A stretch of DNA of 64,000 bases from assembly GCA_965205025.1 (NCBI GenBank), contig CBDBFU010000020.1:128001-192000 (forward strand), given 5' to 3'. The notes under the pieces are model-generated. The model ran no database searches. It had not been told where the DNA came from and saw nothing but the letters and a program-made list of their open reading frames with translations. The position numbers and the translations under genes were made by a program. This document shows, piece by piece, positions 47,517-57,390 of the stretch. Numbering within the stretch: the stretch's first letter is position 1; each line of letters starts with the position of its first letter. The DNA is from Candidatus Poribacteria bacterium (GTDB lineage: Bacteria > Poribacteria > WGA-4E > WGA-3G).

Positions 47517-48747
47517 GCTTTATATATTGTGATGATATATTTGCAACAAGAACACCCCAAAAACATGAAATGACCATAGCAGTTATGGATAGAGCAATAC
47601 CAGGAATTGTCTTCACTCTACCAGGAATTATCTTCAGTATCAGAATTACAAACTTAAGGATACCTGCAGTACCACTCTTAGCTGATCGATATCCAAATGA
47701 ATCAATGATTTGTTTACAACGATATCTTTCGTCATAAGATAAAGGCATATAAAAGAGTTCTTTGCCTGCTCGAAATAGTGAATAATCTAATGCTTTGAAG
47801 GTTAGAAATGCCCTGGCACCAGTTTGAAGTGTAGGTTTAATAGATAGAATAAGTCCATTTAGTAGATGAATTGTTGGGATCAAAATATGTACGATTTTGA
47901 TTGATACTAACCGAAGGGCAAAAGGAACAACAACTAATTGTAATATTGCAGAAATTGCAGCAAGCCTTGCGTAGAAAATTCCGTAATATGAAGTCCTTGA
48001 ATCAGTTTCCGTGATTTCTACCTCAACAAATCTGTTGAATCGTAGATCAAGAACAGTAGAAATGACTTGCGTACTAATAACCAAAATTGCTATCATCAGC
48101 AAGTATTTTGACCTAAACAGTGTTCTAACCCCGAGATGTCCTAATTTTCCTCCTGCTTCTAACTCTGTAGGTTTTGGTTCACCGGCAAGTCTATATGCTA
48201 TGACTGCAAAAATTGCGGTTGGAATTAATGATATAGCAGCACCAAGTAGTAAGTTAATTGATCCAATTGATTCTGCATATATTCCTACCAGCCCTCCCCC
48301 CACAATAGCACCAGCTGAGGCGACAGCACAGAACGGTCCGTTAATTGTCTTTGCTTGCTTTGAGGTTAATGTGCTGTTTACGAATGACCAAATTTGTTCA
48401 ACAAGTATTACGATATATGCTTCACGAAAGACATATATGACAGCAGCAGCGAAACGGATTCCCATTGTTAAGGCTAAAAAACATGCAAAAATTAAACAAC
48501 TTGAAAAGAGTGAGGTGATTGCCAAAGCACGGGTTGCACCATAAGCTGAAAGTAAACGACCATAAAAATAGATAAATAGCAATACACTTGGGAATACAGC
48601 AATCCAAACCCATGGTAAGTTATCAGCAGTATAGTAAGTTACATATAGAGATGTCGAAACTGCCCGGATAAACTCATACCCACATAGGAGGAAACTTGCA
48701 GAAGCAGCAATCGCAAAGGCAGCAAAGAGAATTCTTCTTGGTAGCAT
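47470..48747 (-). CDS. NTT/TLC (Npt1/Npt2-like) nucleotide transporter family protein
   Basis: About 12 TMs; QIWSFVN and ALDYSLFRAGKELFYMPL...RYRCKQIID motifs typical of TLC/NTT carriers. Confidence 0.75.
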   Translation of the reverse strand: MLPRRILFAAFAIAASASFLLCGYEFIRAVSTSLYVTYYTADNLPWVWIAVFPSVLLFIYFYGRLLSAYGATRALAITSLFSSCLIFACFLALTMGIRFAAAVIYVFREAYIVILVEQIWSFVNSTLTSKQAKTINGPFCAVASAGAIVGGGLVGIYAESIGSINLLLGAAISLIPTAIFAVIAYRLAGEPKPTELEAGGKLGHLGVRTLFRSKYLLMIAILVISTQVISTVLDLRFNRFVEVEITETDSRTSYYGIFYARLAAISAILQLVVVPFALRLVSIKIVHILIPTIHLLNGLILSIKPTLQTGARAFLTFKALDYSLFRAGKELFYMPLSYDERYRCKQIIDSFGYRSAKSGTAGILKFVILILKIIPGRVKTIPGIALSITAMVISCFWGVLVANISSQYIKLEKTVKTVDNTDTNM

Positions 48748-48790
48748 TAATTCACGTGATGAAAATAGGAGAGCATTGTGACCTACATAG

Positions 48791-49618
48791 TTAGTTTATT
48801 GAATCTTCAGTTGGTCGAGGATTGTGTACCCAATGTCCACTTGGATCATCTCCACGTGTGATAATTGCCCGTTGGTTCCAGTTATTTGCAGCTTTTACTT
48901 CAGGTGGAACAAATCGCATTGTTAACCCACATCGTCGCCGGTCAGATGTGTTTGGTTCCGAACCATGTAGTAATAAATCTGAATGAAGTGAGAGTTGTCC
49001 TGCTTTCATCTCAAAAGGAACTGGACTACTACCATATTGTTCTGGGTCAATTACAGTTTGTCCTAATACATTCTTTTCTTCTGCAGTACTCCGTTCAAAT
49101 GCAATTTGTCCGTGCAGATGTGATTTCGGAATAACTGTCATTGCCCCATTTTCAACTGATGCATCGTCTATTGCTAACCATACGGTAACAGTTTTACTTG
49201 GTGACAAAGGCCAGTAAGAAGCATCTTGATGCCAACTGACCTGTTTCTCCTCTCCAGGCATCTTACAGAAGTAATGTGTCCCCCAACAGATTAGGTCTTT
49301 TCCAAGTAAATCTTGAACATAATCAGATATTCTTTCCTCTGTTACAAGATCATGAATAATGGCAGTTCGTGTATGCCAACCATTAATTGAATAACTATTA
49401 CCACCCTCAGCAAGAACTTTGTCCATAAGTTCGTTGAAGTATTCTCGATGTTGTGATATTTCATCATCTGTGAATACATCAAGTGGACAGATATAACCGT
49501 CATCATTAAAATGTTGAATCTGTTCATTGGTTAAGGTGGTGGGATTGTCATTTTTTACAGGAAAGAATTTCAGTTCTCTCTTGAGTTCTGGCATTGCATC
49601 TGTTATTGGCATTTTCAA
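48791..49618 (-). CDS. Phytanoyl-CoA dioxygenase (PhyH) family oxygenase
   Basis: WHQDASYW, WLAIDDASVENG and LHGSEPN..RR motifs. Confidence 0.9.
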   Translation of the reverse strand: MKMPITDAMPELKRELKFFPVKNDNPTTLTNEQIQHFNDDGYICPLDVFTDDEISQHREYFNELMDKVLAEGGNSYSINGWHTRTAIIHDLVTEERISDYVQDLLGKDLICWGTHYFCKMPGEEKQVSWHQDASYWPLSPSKTVTVWLAIDDASVENGAMTVIPKSHLHGQIAFERSTAEEKNVLGQTVIDPEQYGSSPVPFEMKAGQLSLHSDLLLHGSEPNTSDRRRCGLTMRFVPPEVKAANNWNQRAIITRGDDPSGHWVHNPRPTEDSIN

Positions 49619-49786
49619 TCCTTTGTATACTACAGGAAGGATAAATTGTTATAATACTGTCTTGTGTAATGTAATGGCATCATAGCCTATTTATCTTTAC
49701 CTGTCAAGTATTTCAATATTGTAATAGAACACTAAGACATTTTATACAGATTCAGTGAGATAAGACATAATAAGGTATTAGCTACT

Positions 49787-51484
49787 TCATTGCGGTTTTA
49801 CGATACCATATCCTTCTTTTATGGTGAGTATTTGATTTGCTTGTATATTCTTATATATGTCTTTTCTACCAGTGGACCATTGTAACTCAAGAGTTTCAAT
49901 AGAAGTGTTCTTTCCCAATCCAATATTTGTTCTGAGATCATTTTGTGATAGATAGCTTGAACCGCTATGAATCTCTCTATATAATGTTAATTCTCCTGCC
50001 TTCACATATATTCGCGTACCGATACCAGATGTATTACTCTTTGTTCCAATAGCATTTATCTTGATCCAATTCTGTGAATTACCACCATCATTCCGTAGTA
50101 ATCTTGCAGGTTGATTTGAGTGATTGAGAAATACATCTAAATCCCCATCATTATCATAATCACCAAATGCTGCTGCGCGTCCAACTGTATTCGTCAAACG
50201 ATCTAATTCGGTTGTCTGTGAGATATTTTGAAAGGTATGTTTTCCATCTTGATAATTATTTTGAAAAAGAAGATCTACCTGCGGATATGTATCATCGGAA
50301 AACTGATGTATGTTATCCTGTAGATGTCCGTTACAAACATAGATATCCAATAACCCATCATTATTGAAATCGATAAATTCTACTGCCCATTTAAAATAAG
50401 GAAGCGTAATTGCACCAATTCCAGATGGAAATGAAGTGTCCTGAAAAAACTGTGCCTCTTCATTTCTAAATAAGATTACAGGTTGGGTTGAAGCATTGCT
50501 TACCAGTAAATCAAGAAATCCGTCATTATTATAATCCCCAAAAGCACTTCCCATTCCACTCCCTGGGATTCCACTATTGTCATAACCTGTACCAGTGAAA
50601 TCTGTAGTATCAGTAAATGTTCCATCTCTGTTGTTCTTATACAGTATATCGGGTTCCATATCATTAGCTACGTGTATGTCTGGATAGCCATCATTATTAT
50701 AATCCCCAACGGCTACTGCGAGACCAAGTGATCGATGTCGTATTCCAGCAGCTTTGGTTGTATCTGTGAATGTTCCGTCTCCGTTGTTTCTATAGAGTAT
50801 ATCTGGTTCACTCTGAAATTGAGTTCTATCCAGTTGATCAACTGGACTACAATATATTCGTCTACCACGTGATTCCCAACCACGGTCATTCTCAACAGAA
50901 TACTTCATATAGTTCACAACATATAAATCAATATATCCATCTAAATTATAATCAAGGAAAGCACAACCTGTTCCCCAACGTTTATCCCCAACCCCGGCTT
51001 GTTTAGTTACATCAGTAAAAGTCCTATTTGCATTATTGAGATAAAGGCGGTTCATTCCAAAATTTGATATAAATATGTCTATTAAACCATCGTTATTTAT
51101 GTCTGCTGCTGCACAACCAACACCATATCCAGGATCTCCAATTCCTGCTTCCTGAGTCTTATCAGTGAATGTACCATCACCATTGTTTCTATACAGCGAA
51201 TTAATTAGTAGATGATTATTGTGAGAACTGTTTTCTAATGGTGGAGAATTTGGTGGGATATTTGTAGCGTTAATTACATACAGATCGAGATGAGAATCAT
51301 TGTCATAGTCAAGAAACAGTGCTCCAGACCCCAATGTTTCAATTAAGTATTTCTCACCTGTTCGACCATCATAATGACTAAAGTTGATACCTGCCTTTTT
51401 TGTAACATCAGCAAATTTTACTTCAGAATGAAGGATAGGATTTATGACAACAAGACAGAATAGAATACATCGGAAACATCTCAT
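49787..51484 (-). CDS. CRTAC1-family protein (FG-GAP/VCBS repeats plus ASPIC/UnbV)
   Basis: Repeated DYNNDG.LD and YRNNGDGTFTD; C-terminal GSSYLSQND. Confidence 0.9.
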   Translation of the reverse strand: MRCFRCILFCLVVINPILHSEVKFADVTKKAGINFSHYDGRTGEKYLIETLGSGALFLDYDNDSHLDLYVINATNIPPNSPPLENSSHNNHLLINSLYRNNGDGTFTDKTQEAGIGDPGYGVGCAAADINNDGLIDIFISNFGMNRLYLNNANRTFTDVTKQAGVGDKRWGTGCAFLDYNLDGYIDLYVVNYMKYSVENDRGWESRGRRIYCSPVDQLDRTQFQSEPDILYRNNGDGTFTDTTKAAGIRHRSLGLAVAVGDYNNDGYPDIHVANDMEPDILYKNNRDGTFTDTTDFTGTGYDNSGIPGSGMGSAFGDYNNDGFLDLLVSNASTQPVILFRNEEAQFFQDTSFPSGIGAITLPYFKWAVEFIDFNNDGLLDIYVCNGHLQDNIHQFSDDTYPQVDLLFQNNYQDGKHTFQNISQTTELDRLTNTVGRAAAFGDYDNDGDLDVFLNHSNQPARLLRNDGGNSQNWIKINAIGTKSNTSGIGTRIYVKAGELTLYREIHSGSSYLSQNDLRTNIGLGKNTSIETLELQWSTGRKDIYKNIQANQILTIKEGYGIVKPQ

Positions 51485-52752
51485 TTTTGTGATTGCATTA
51501 AGAGGGAAGTCTGTTTTTCACGTGCTTGTTGAGCTTCTTTTATCGAACCAAGTTGTGTATAGATAGTTGCCAGTGTATCCCAGTAATTGGGATTTGTAGG
51601 TATTTTCTTCGTGGCAAATAACGCATGAGACAGTGCTTTGGTAAGATGTTTATTTAATTCAGAATAGCAGACAGCCAGATTATTATGTGCTATAGCGAGT
51701 TCAGAATCGTATTTAATTGCAAGCAGGTAGGCATCAATAGCAAGTTTTCTCTTTCCTTGTTTATGATAGGCATGACCCAAGTTATAATGGGCTGAAGCTA
51801 AATTAGGAGAAAGAGTTATGGCTTTTTTATAGTTTAGAATTGCTTCCTCAAAACATCGACGGGTTAGGAGAAGAATTCCCAAATTATTGTAACCTTTTGA
51901 ATCATCGGGATGGATTTTCACCCATTTTTTTGCTTTTACCAAAAGTGGATCTGTATCCCTAAGAATTTTGAAGTATGCCATTGTTTGTTCTGCTTTATTC
52001 TTCTCTCCATTCTTAATATAAAGCTGGGCAATCTGGTAATGTGCTTCTGTATAATCTTTCTGGATTATAATAACTTGTTCTAAAACAGGTCTTGCTTCAT
52101 TAGTATTCCCTTGTCTCAAGTATACCTTACCTAAACCTATTAATGCACCAATACTGTTGGGTTTAACTTTCAATGCAGCCTTATATTCCTGTTCTGATTG
52201 TAAGAGTTGACCCTGTTTAAGATAAATATCACCAAGACCAATATATGCGTCTGTCCATTTTTTATCTACAGCAATAACTTGTTTGAAAGCATCAATTGCA
52301 GATGGAAAATTTCCTTGATTGTAATATACTAAGCCAATATTAAAGTAGGGTTCTGCAGGCTTTGGTGAAAATCTGATTGCTTTGTTATATTCATCTAATG
52401 CCTTTTCGTATTGTTTGAGTTCCGAATAAACTATTCCTAATGCGTTGTGGAAAATAGGGGAATTATTCTTGATATCAATGGCTTTATTATATTCTGAGAC
52501 TGCTTTTTCAAATTCTTCTAAATGGAAATGAGCAGATCCCATATTGTAATGAATTTCACAGATTAACTCTGGACTTGAATGTGGTTCTGTGAATGTAAGT
52601 GCTTTATTAAATTCGTCTATAGCCTTGCGATATCGTCCGTTATCCAAATATGTCATACCATTTTGGTAAAATACATCAACTTGGTTGGCATAGGTGAAAT
52701 TGTATATTGTGGCACATATAAAAAGAATTGTAACCCATTTAATTTTACGCAT
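51481..52752 (-). CDS. Secreted tetratricopeptide-repeat protein
   Basis: Signal peptide; many TPRs (AHYNLG, HNALG...A..Y.KAI). Confidence 0.9.
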   Translation of the reverse strand: MRKIKWVTILFICATIYNFTYANQVDVFYQNGMTYLDNGRYRKAIDEFNKALTFTEPHSSPELICEIHYNMGSAHFHLEEFEKAVSEYNKAIDIKNNSPIFHNALGIVYSELKQYEKALDEYNKAIRFSPKPAEPYFNIGLVYYNQGNFPSAIDAFKQVIAVDKKWTDAYIGLGDIYLKQGQLLQSEQEYKAALKVKPNSIGALIGLGKVYLRQGNTNEARPVLEQVIIIQKDYTEAHYQIAQLYIKNGEKNKAEQTMAYFKILRDTDPLLVKAKKWVKIHPDDSKGYNNLGILLLTRRCFEEAILNYKKAITLSPNLASAHYNLGHAYHKQGKRKLAIDAYLLAIKYDSELAIAHNNLAVCYSELNKHLTKALSHALFATKKIPTNPNYWDTLATIYTQLGSIKEAQQAREKQTSLLMQSQK

Positions 52753-52881
52753 TTGTCATTGTAAATTGGAGTATTCTGGATCTAAGATCGGTGGGTATGG
52801 ATTTGGTGATATTTAGAGGGAATTGGAATGTAAATATCTCAATTGAAAATGGGATTAGCAAATCAATATTATTAGCAAAAG

Positions 52882-52910
52882 ACAAGGGCAGTTTTTATAA
52901 CTGCCCTTGT
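52882..52910 (-). terminator. Intrinsic terminator after the LamG gene
   Basis: Stem ACAAGGGCAGTT/AACTGCCCTTGT 8 bp after the stop codon, followed by CTTTT on the minus strand. Confidence 0.7.
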
Positions 52911-52918
52911 GAATGATC

Positions 52919-53695
52919 TTACCAGTTGCGTTCAGTCTTTATGACACCCCAGGTGGTAGTTAATTTATCTGCAGGTTTTACTGGAGTAAAACCACCGTCT
53001 TTGATAGTATTGATTTCATCTTCTGTAATAATACGATCAAAGAGATACACCTCATCAATCACCCCAGTAAAGAATTCTTGACCTGGATGTCTTGCACCTA
53101 CCATTACAGAACCATCAATTTCTGCAACAGTGGGGGGTTTTCCTCCTCCACCGGCCCTCTTGCCATCGTAATAGATGTCTACCGTAGATTTTGTGTCATG
53201 TGTTAAGGTGATATGTACCCAATCCTCAGGTTGAGCGCCATCGGTTTGACCTCTAAGACCCCATCCACCACCATTTGTGTAAACGAAAGTCTTTTGGTTA
53301 TCTTTATTAAAAATAACTGCCCACTTGAGAGATCCTCCGGAAACCATATAGTTCCAAGCTCGTATTTGTGTATCCCCACGTTTTACCCAAAATGCCACGG
53401 AAAACTGTTCTCTTAATTGTAAGGTATCATTGATAGGAACTATAACATATTGTCCTTTTGTACCATCAAATTCTATTGCTTTTTCGCTCATTCCATCTAC
53501 CCATTTTGGTCCTTTCATAAGTTCACCGTCATGTCCGTATTGAGAACCATCTTTGGCAGTATTTCCTGTTCCTTCATCAAAGGATAGATATAATACAAGA
53601 GATTTGTCGTCTAAACCAGCATAAGAAAGAGAGGTGATGATAATAAAAATAAATGTTAAAAGTAGTAGTGTAGGTAATTTCATTAGTTTTGACAC
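52919..53695 (-). CDS. Secreted LamG-like jellyroll protein
   Basis: Signal peptide; LVLYLSFDEG, KWVDG and FTGVIDEV motifs; C-tail PVKPADKLTTTWGVIK; AAGGAGG RBS. Confidence 0.9.
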   Translation of the reverse strand: MSKLMKLPTLLLLTFIFIIITSLSYAGLDDKSLVLYLSFDEGTGNTAKDGSQYGHDGELMKGPKWVDGMSEKAIEFDGTKGQYVIVPINDTLQLREQFSVAFWVKRGDTQIRAWNYMVSGGSLKWAVIFNKDNQKTFVYTNGGGWGLRGQTDGAQPEDWVHITLTHDTKSTVDIYYDGKRAGGGGKPPTVAEIDGSVMVGARHPGQEFFTGVIDEVYLFDRIITEDEINTIKDGGFTPVKPADKLTTTWGVIKTERNW

Positions 53696-53777
53696 TGCTT
53701 ATTCCTCCTTCATTGAGTCAATACACAGACTATTAATAGTATATCAATATTCTTGTTGTTGAAATATAATCAGTAGA

Positions 53778-55520
53778 TTAACATGCTCCGCATTTTTTGC
53801 AAACAGTTGTGTCACACGGACTGGTCATAAAACCTTTTTCGTATTTATTATGTTCAAGTTGTAGGAATTGCGGTTTAACGTTTAAATCAAGATGATCCCA
53901 AGGGTTAATCTCATCAAATTCTCGTTGACGTAATGCATAGAAATTTGGAGCTAAGCCATGTAAACGGAATGCATTATTCCATGTACTCCCTTGCGCCAAC
54001 TCATAAATTACCCTACCAAGTCTGCGATCACCACGAGCAAATACAGCTTCTTGGTGTGCTAAACGCGCGCTTGCTGATGAAACCTTGATACTTCCAAGTC
54101 GATTAATTTCACGTTTTAAATAATCCAGTTTTTTGGATATGGTTTTTGGGGGTTCCATTGGAACCCATTGAAATGGTGTATGTGGTTTTGGTACCATAGG
54201 AGAAATAGTAAAACTGATGCGACCAATTTTGCCAGTACGTTTAGCATGAGGTAAAAGTATTGTACGCATCTCCTTTGCCATATCTGCAATTGCAGTAACA
54301 TCTTCAGGAGCTTCATAGGGTACACCTATAAGAAAATACAGTCTGAGATTGAGAATATCCCGTTTTAATGCTTCTTCAAAGATATAGTAGAGACGTTCCC
54401 GCGGAATACCTTTATTTACAATCTTTTGCAGTCTTTCTGTTGCAACTTCAGGGGCAATTGTAATTGTTCCCTGATCACTATCGGCTAATGCATCCAATAA
54501 TGGTGATTCAACTGTCTCTGCTCTAAGAGATGCACAGGAGATACGAAAACCTTTATTAACTAAACCGGATGCGATTTCATTTATCTGAGGGTGGTCTGAT
54601 ATAGAGGCACCAACTAAGCCTATTCTATCTGTAATTCCACGAGCTTTTTCTGCAAGTTTGAGTGTGTTTTCCACTGATCGGTGTCTTGGCCATCTACGTG
54701 CATAATCTGCCACACAGAATCGACATTGTCGACCACATCCACGTACGATTTCTATTAAATGTGCATTGGAAAACTCTGTATTAGGGGTATGTATCTTTGT
54801 ACATGTTTCTACATTATCAAGTATAGGAACTGCTACTGAAGTAATTTTCGGTGGAATATCTGACTCTGTATCAACGTTCTTTACTGTACCATCTTGATTA
54901 TATGTAATATCATAGAAACTGGGTACATATAAACCGGGTTCAGTAGCCATAGCTCTTAACAATTCATCCTTCGTTCCGTGAGATATCTTCCATTGGTTAA
55001 AGTGTTCCATGAAATTATGAATTAATTCTTCCGCTTCACCAACAACAAAAATATCAATGAAATCAGCTATAGGTTCGGGGTTATAGGATATATTGATTCC
55101 GCCAGCAACGATGATCGGATCCCATTCTGTACGATTAATTGCCAGTGGAGGTATGTTACCTAATTCTAATGCTCGAGGAATATTAATGTAATCGGATTCA
55201 AACGAGACAGAAAATCCAACTATATCAAAATCGTGAAGAGGAGATTGGGTTTCTAATGAAAAAAGTGGTGATGTTTTATTTATTAGTTCCTGAACATATT
55301 TATGTTCAGGTATAAAGACGCGTTCGCATGAAGTATCAGTACGATTATTTAATGTGGAGTGAATAACTTGTACACCAAGACTCGACATACCGAGTTGATA
55401 AGTACTGGGGTATACAAGAGCAAATCGGTTTGCTTTTCTGAATCTATTTATATCATTGGTGTCAGAATCAACATACCTTTCTGTTGTGAGTAATTGTCTT
55501 GTATGTTCACGTAAGTTCAA
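53778..55520 (-). CDS. B12-binding-type radical SAM protein (TIGR03960-like)
   Basis: YPSTYQLGMSSLG; RGCGRQCRFC (CxxxCxxC); PKPHTPFQW; C-terminal C...CKKCGAC. Confidence 0.85.
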   Translation of the reverse strand: MNLREHTRQLLTTERYVDSDTNDINRFRKANRFALVYPSTYQLGMSSLGVQVIHSTLNNRTDTSCERVFIPEHKYVQELINKTSPLFSLETQSPLHDFDIVGFSVSFESDYINIPRALELGNIPPLAINRTEWDPIIVAGGINISYNPEPIADFIDIFVVGEAEELIHNFMEHFNQWKISHGTKDELLRAMATEPGLYVPSFYDITYNQDGTVKNVDTESDIPPKITSVAVPILDNVETCTKIHTPNTEFSNAHLIEIVRGCGRQCRFCVADYARRWPRHRSVENTLKLAEKARGITDRIGLVGASISDHPQINEIASGLVNKGFRISCASLRAETVESPLLDALADSDQGTITIAPEVATERLQKIVNKGIPRERLYYIFEEALKRDILNLRLYFLIGVPYEAPEDVTAIADMAKEMRTILLPHAKRTGKIGRISFTISPMVPKPHTPFQWVPMEPPKTISKKLDYLKREINRLGSIKVSSASARLAHQEAVFARGDRRLGRVIYELAQGSTWNNAFRLHGLAPNFYALRQREFDEINPWDHLDLNVKPQFLQLEHNKYEKGFMTSPCDTTVCKKCGAC

Positions 55521-55571
55521 TAGAATCCCTCTAATAGTGTATTATACGGTATAGTAATAGTAATTTATGAT

Positions 55572-56888
55572 CTAAGTCTTTCGTTTATCCCTTCTTTGTT
55601 GAACTCTAAGAAATGTAGGGATATCCCACTGTTTTTCTTGGTTCTGATCCTGTTCCTCATTGTTTTCTTTCTCTTCTTCTGGTTTATCCTGTCCTTGTTT
55701 TGCTGGTGGGTTTTGAGGATTGGTTCGTCTGTTTGGTGGATTGGTTTGTCCTTCATCGCCTCTACCTTGTGGAGTTCTATCCCAATTCCGTTGGTTCCGA
55801 CCAGGTGTTCCTGTCTCAGAAGACCGAACTCGACTTCCTTGAAGCATAGGATTAGCTTGACCACCCTGTGGGTTACCGCCTTGTGGATTATATCTCCCAG
55901 TTTGATCAGATTTTGCTTCTGAAGGCGGATCGAATCCGGTTGCGATAACAGTCACCAATACCTCATCATTTAGTTCCAATTCGTCTTTGCATACTAAACC
56001 GAAAATAGGTTGAGCATCTTCAGAAGCATCAGTAATAACCTTCATCGCTTCGTCTAATTCGTGCATATTAAAGTCTGGAGGTGCAGTTATATTTACAATC
56101 ATACCTACGGCACCAGCAATACTTGTTTCTTCAAGTAAGGGTGATGAAATTGCAGCGGCAGCAGCTAATTGTGCGCGGTTATCTCCAGTGGCTTTACCCA
56201 TACCCATAAGTGCAGTTCCAGCATCTCGCATGACAGTTTCCACATCTGCAAAATCAAGATTGATTTCTCCAGCTTCAGTAATAATATCAGAAATACTCTG
56301 AACTGCATGTAATAAAATTTGATCTCCGTATTTAAAAGCATCTTGAATAGGGAGTTTGCGGTCATAATTGTCAATCAAGCATTGGTTTGGCACAACAATT
56401 ACCGAATCAGATTTATTTCGCAATTCTTCCAATCCTATTTCTGCTTTTTCTGCCCTAAGTTTTCCTTCGAAATTGAATGGACGCGTAACGACACCTATAG
56501 TTAGAGCACCCTTTTCTTTTGCCAGAGAGGCGACGACAGGAGCTGCACCAGTTCCTGTTCCTCCACCCATTCCTGCAGCAACAAAAACCATATTTGCAGA
56601 ATCAACTATTTCTTGTAATGTCTCTCTATCTTCTTCAGCGGCTTCCCTTCCAACTTCAGGATTTGCCCCCGCACCTAATCCCTTTGTTGTACTCATTCCT
56701 ATCTGTATTTGTGTTGCTCCGTGGCAGGTATTAAGTGCTTGGGAGTCAGTATTAACTGCATAAAACTCAATACCAGTAAGAGCTGCTTCAATCATCCGTC
56801 TAACAGCATTACCACCAGCTCCACCTACCCCTATAACCTTAATCTTTGCACTCGCATTTTCAAATTCTTCTTGTTCAAATTGTATCAT
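55572..56888 (-). CDS. ftsZ: Cell division protein FtsZ
   Basis: GVGGAGGNA, GMGGGTGTG and INLDFADV motifs; C-terminal DIPTFLR. Confidence 0.98.
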   Translation of the reverse strand: MIQFEQEEFENASAKIKVIGVGGAGGNAVRRMIEAALTGIEFYAVNTDSQALNTCHGATQIQIGMSTTKGLGAGANPEVGREAAEEDRETLQEIVDSANMVFVAAGMGGGTGTGAAPVVASLAKEKGALTIGVVTRPFNFEGKLRAEKAEIGLEELRNKSDSVIVVPNQCLIDNYDRKLPIQDAFKYGDQILLHAVQSISDIITEAGEINLDFADVETVMRDAGTALMGMGKATGDNRAQLAAAAAISSPLLEETSIAGAVGMIVNITAPPDFNMHELDEAMKVITDASEDAQPIFGLVCKDELELNDEVLVTVIATGFDPPSEAKSDQTGRYNPQGGNPQGGQANPMLQGSRVRSSETGTPGRNQRNWDRTPQGRGDEGQTNPPNRRTNPQNPPAKQGQDKPEEEKENNEEQDQNQEKQWDIPTFLRVQQRRDKRKT

Positions 56889-57390
56889 CAGTAATTTCAG
56901 TCACCTTTGGTAACTCATATTGGTAATACCCAGCGAGGTTCCTACCATTGATTTAATGTCATGTTGACTTCCCAGCGGTAACTTAATTCCTCCTTCACAT
57001 AAGACAGTATACATGATAGCTTATTTCATATATAATAATAAATCTCGAATTAAAACTTGTTATTAATCTGAATCCTTTCACTAACAATCTTTCAGTATTG
57101 TATTTAATTCATTTAACACGAACAATCAGGAACGTCCTCTTATTCAGGAACTCTTATATATATTGGTAATATAGTACATTCAGCCAATTCGTTCTTTCAA
57201 AGACAAGTAAATATTATTGGGTATTTAATTATACTATAGTCTCTTGGTTATTATACTGTTAATTACTAAATAAAGCAATAGATTGTGTATTGTAAGAATT
57301 AGTGATAAGAAATTTGAGTGAAAATTCACTTTGTCGGTACATTCAGTTGAGATAACCAACAATTAATTACATGACTTAATTCATAGACTC

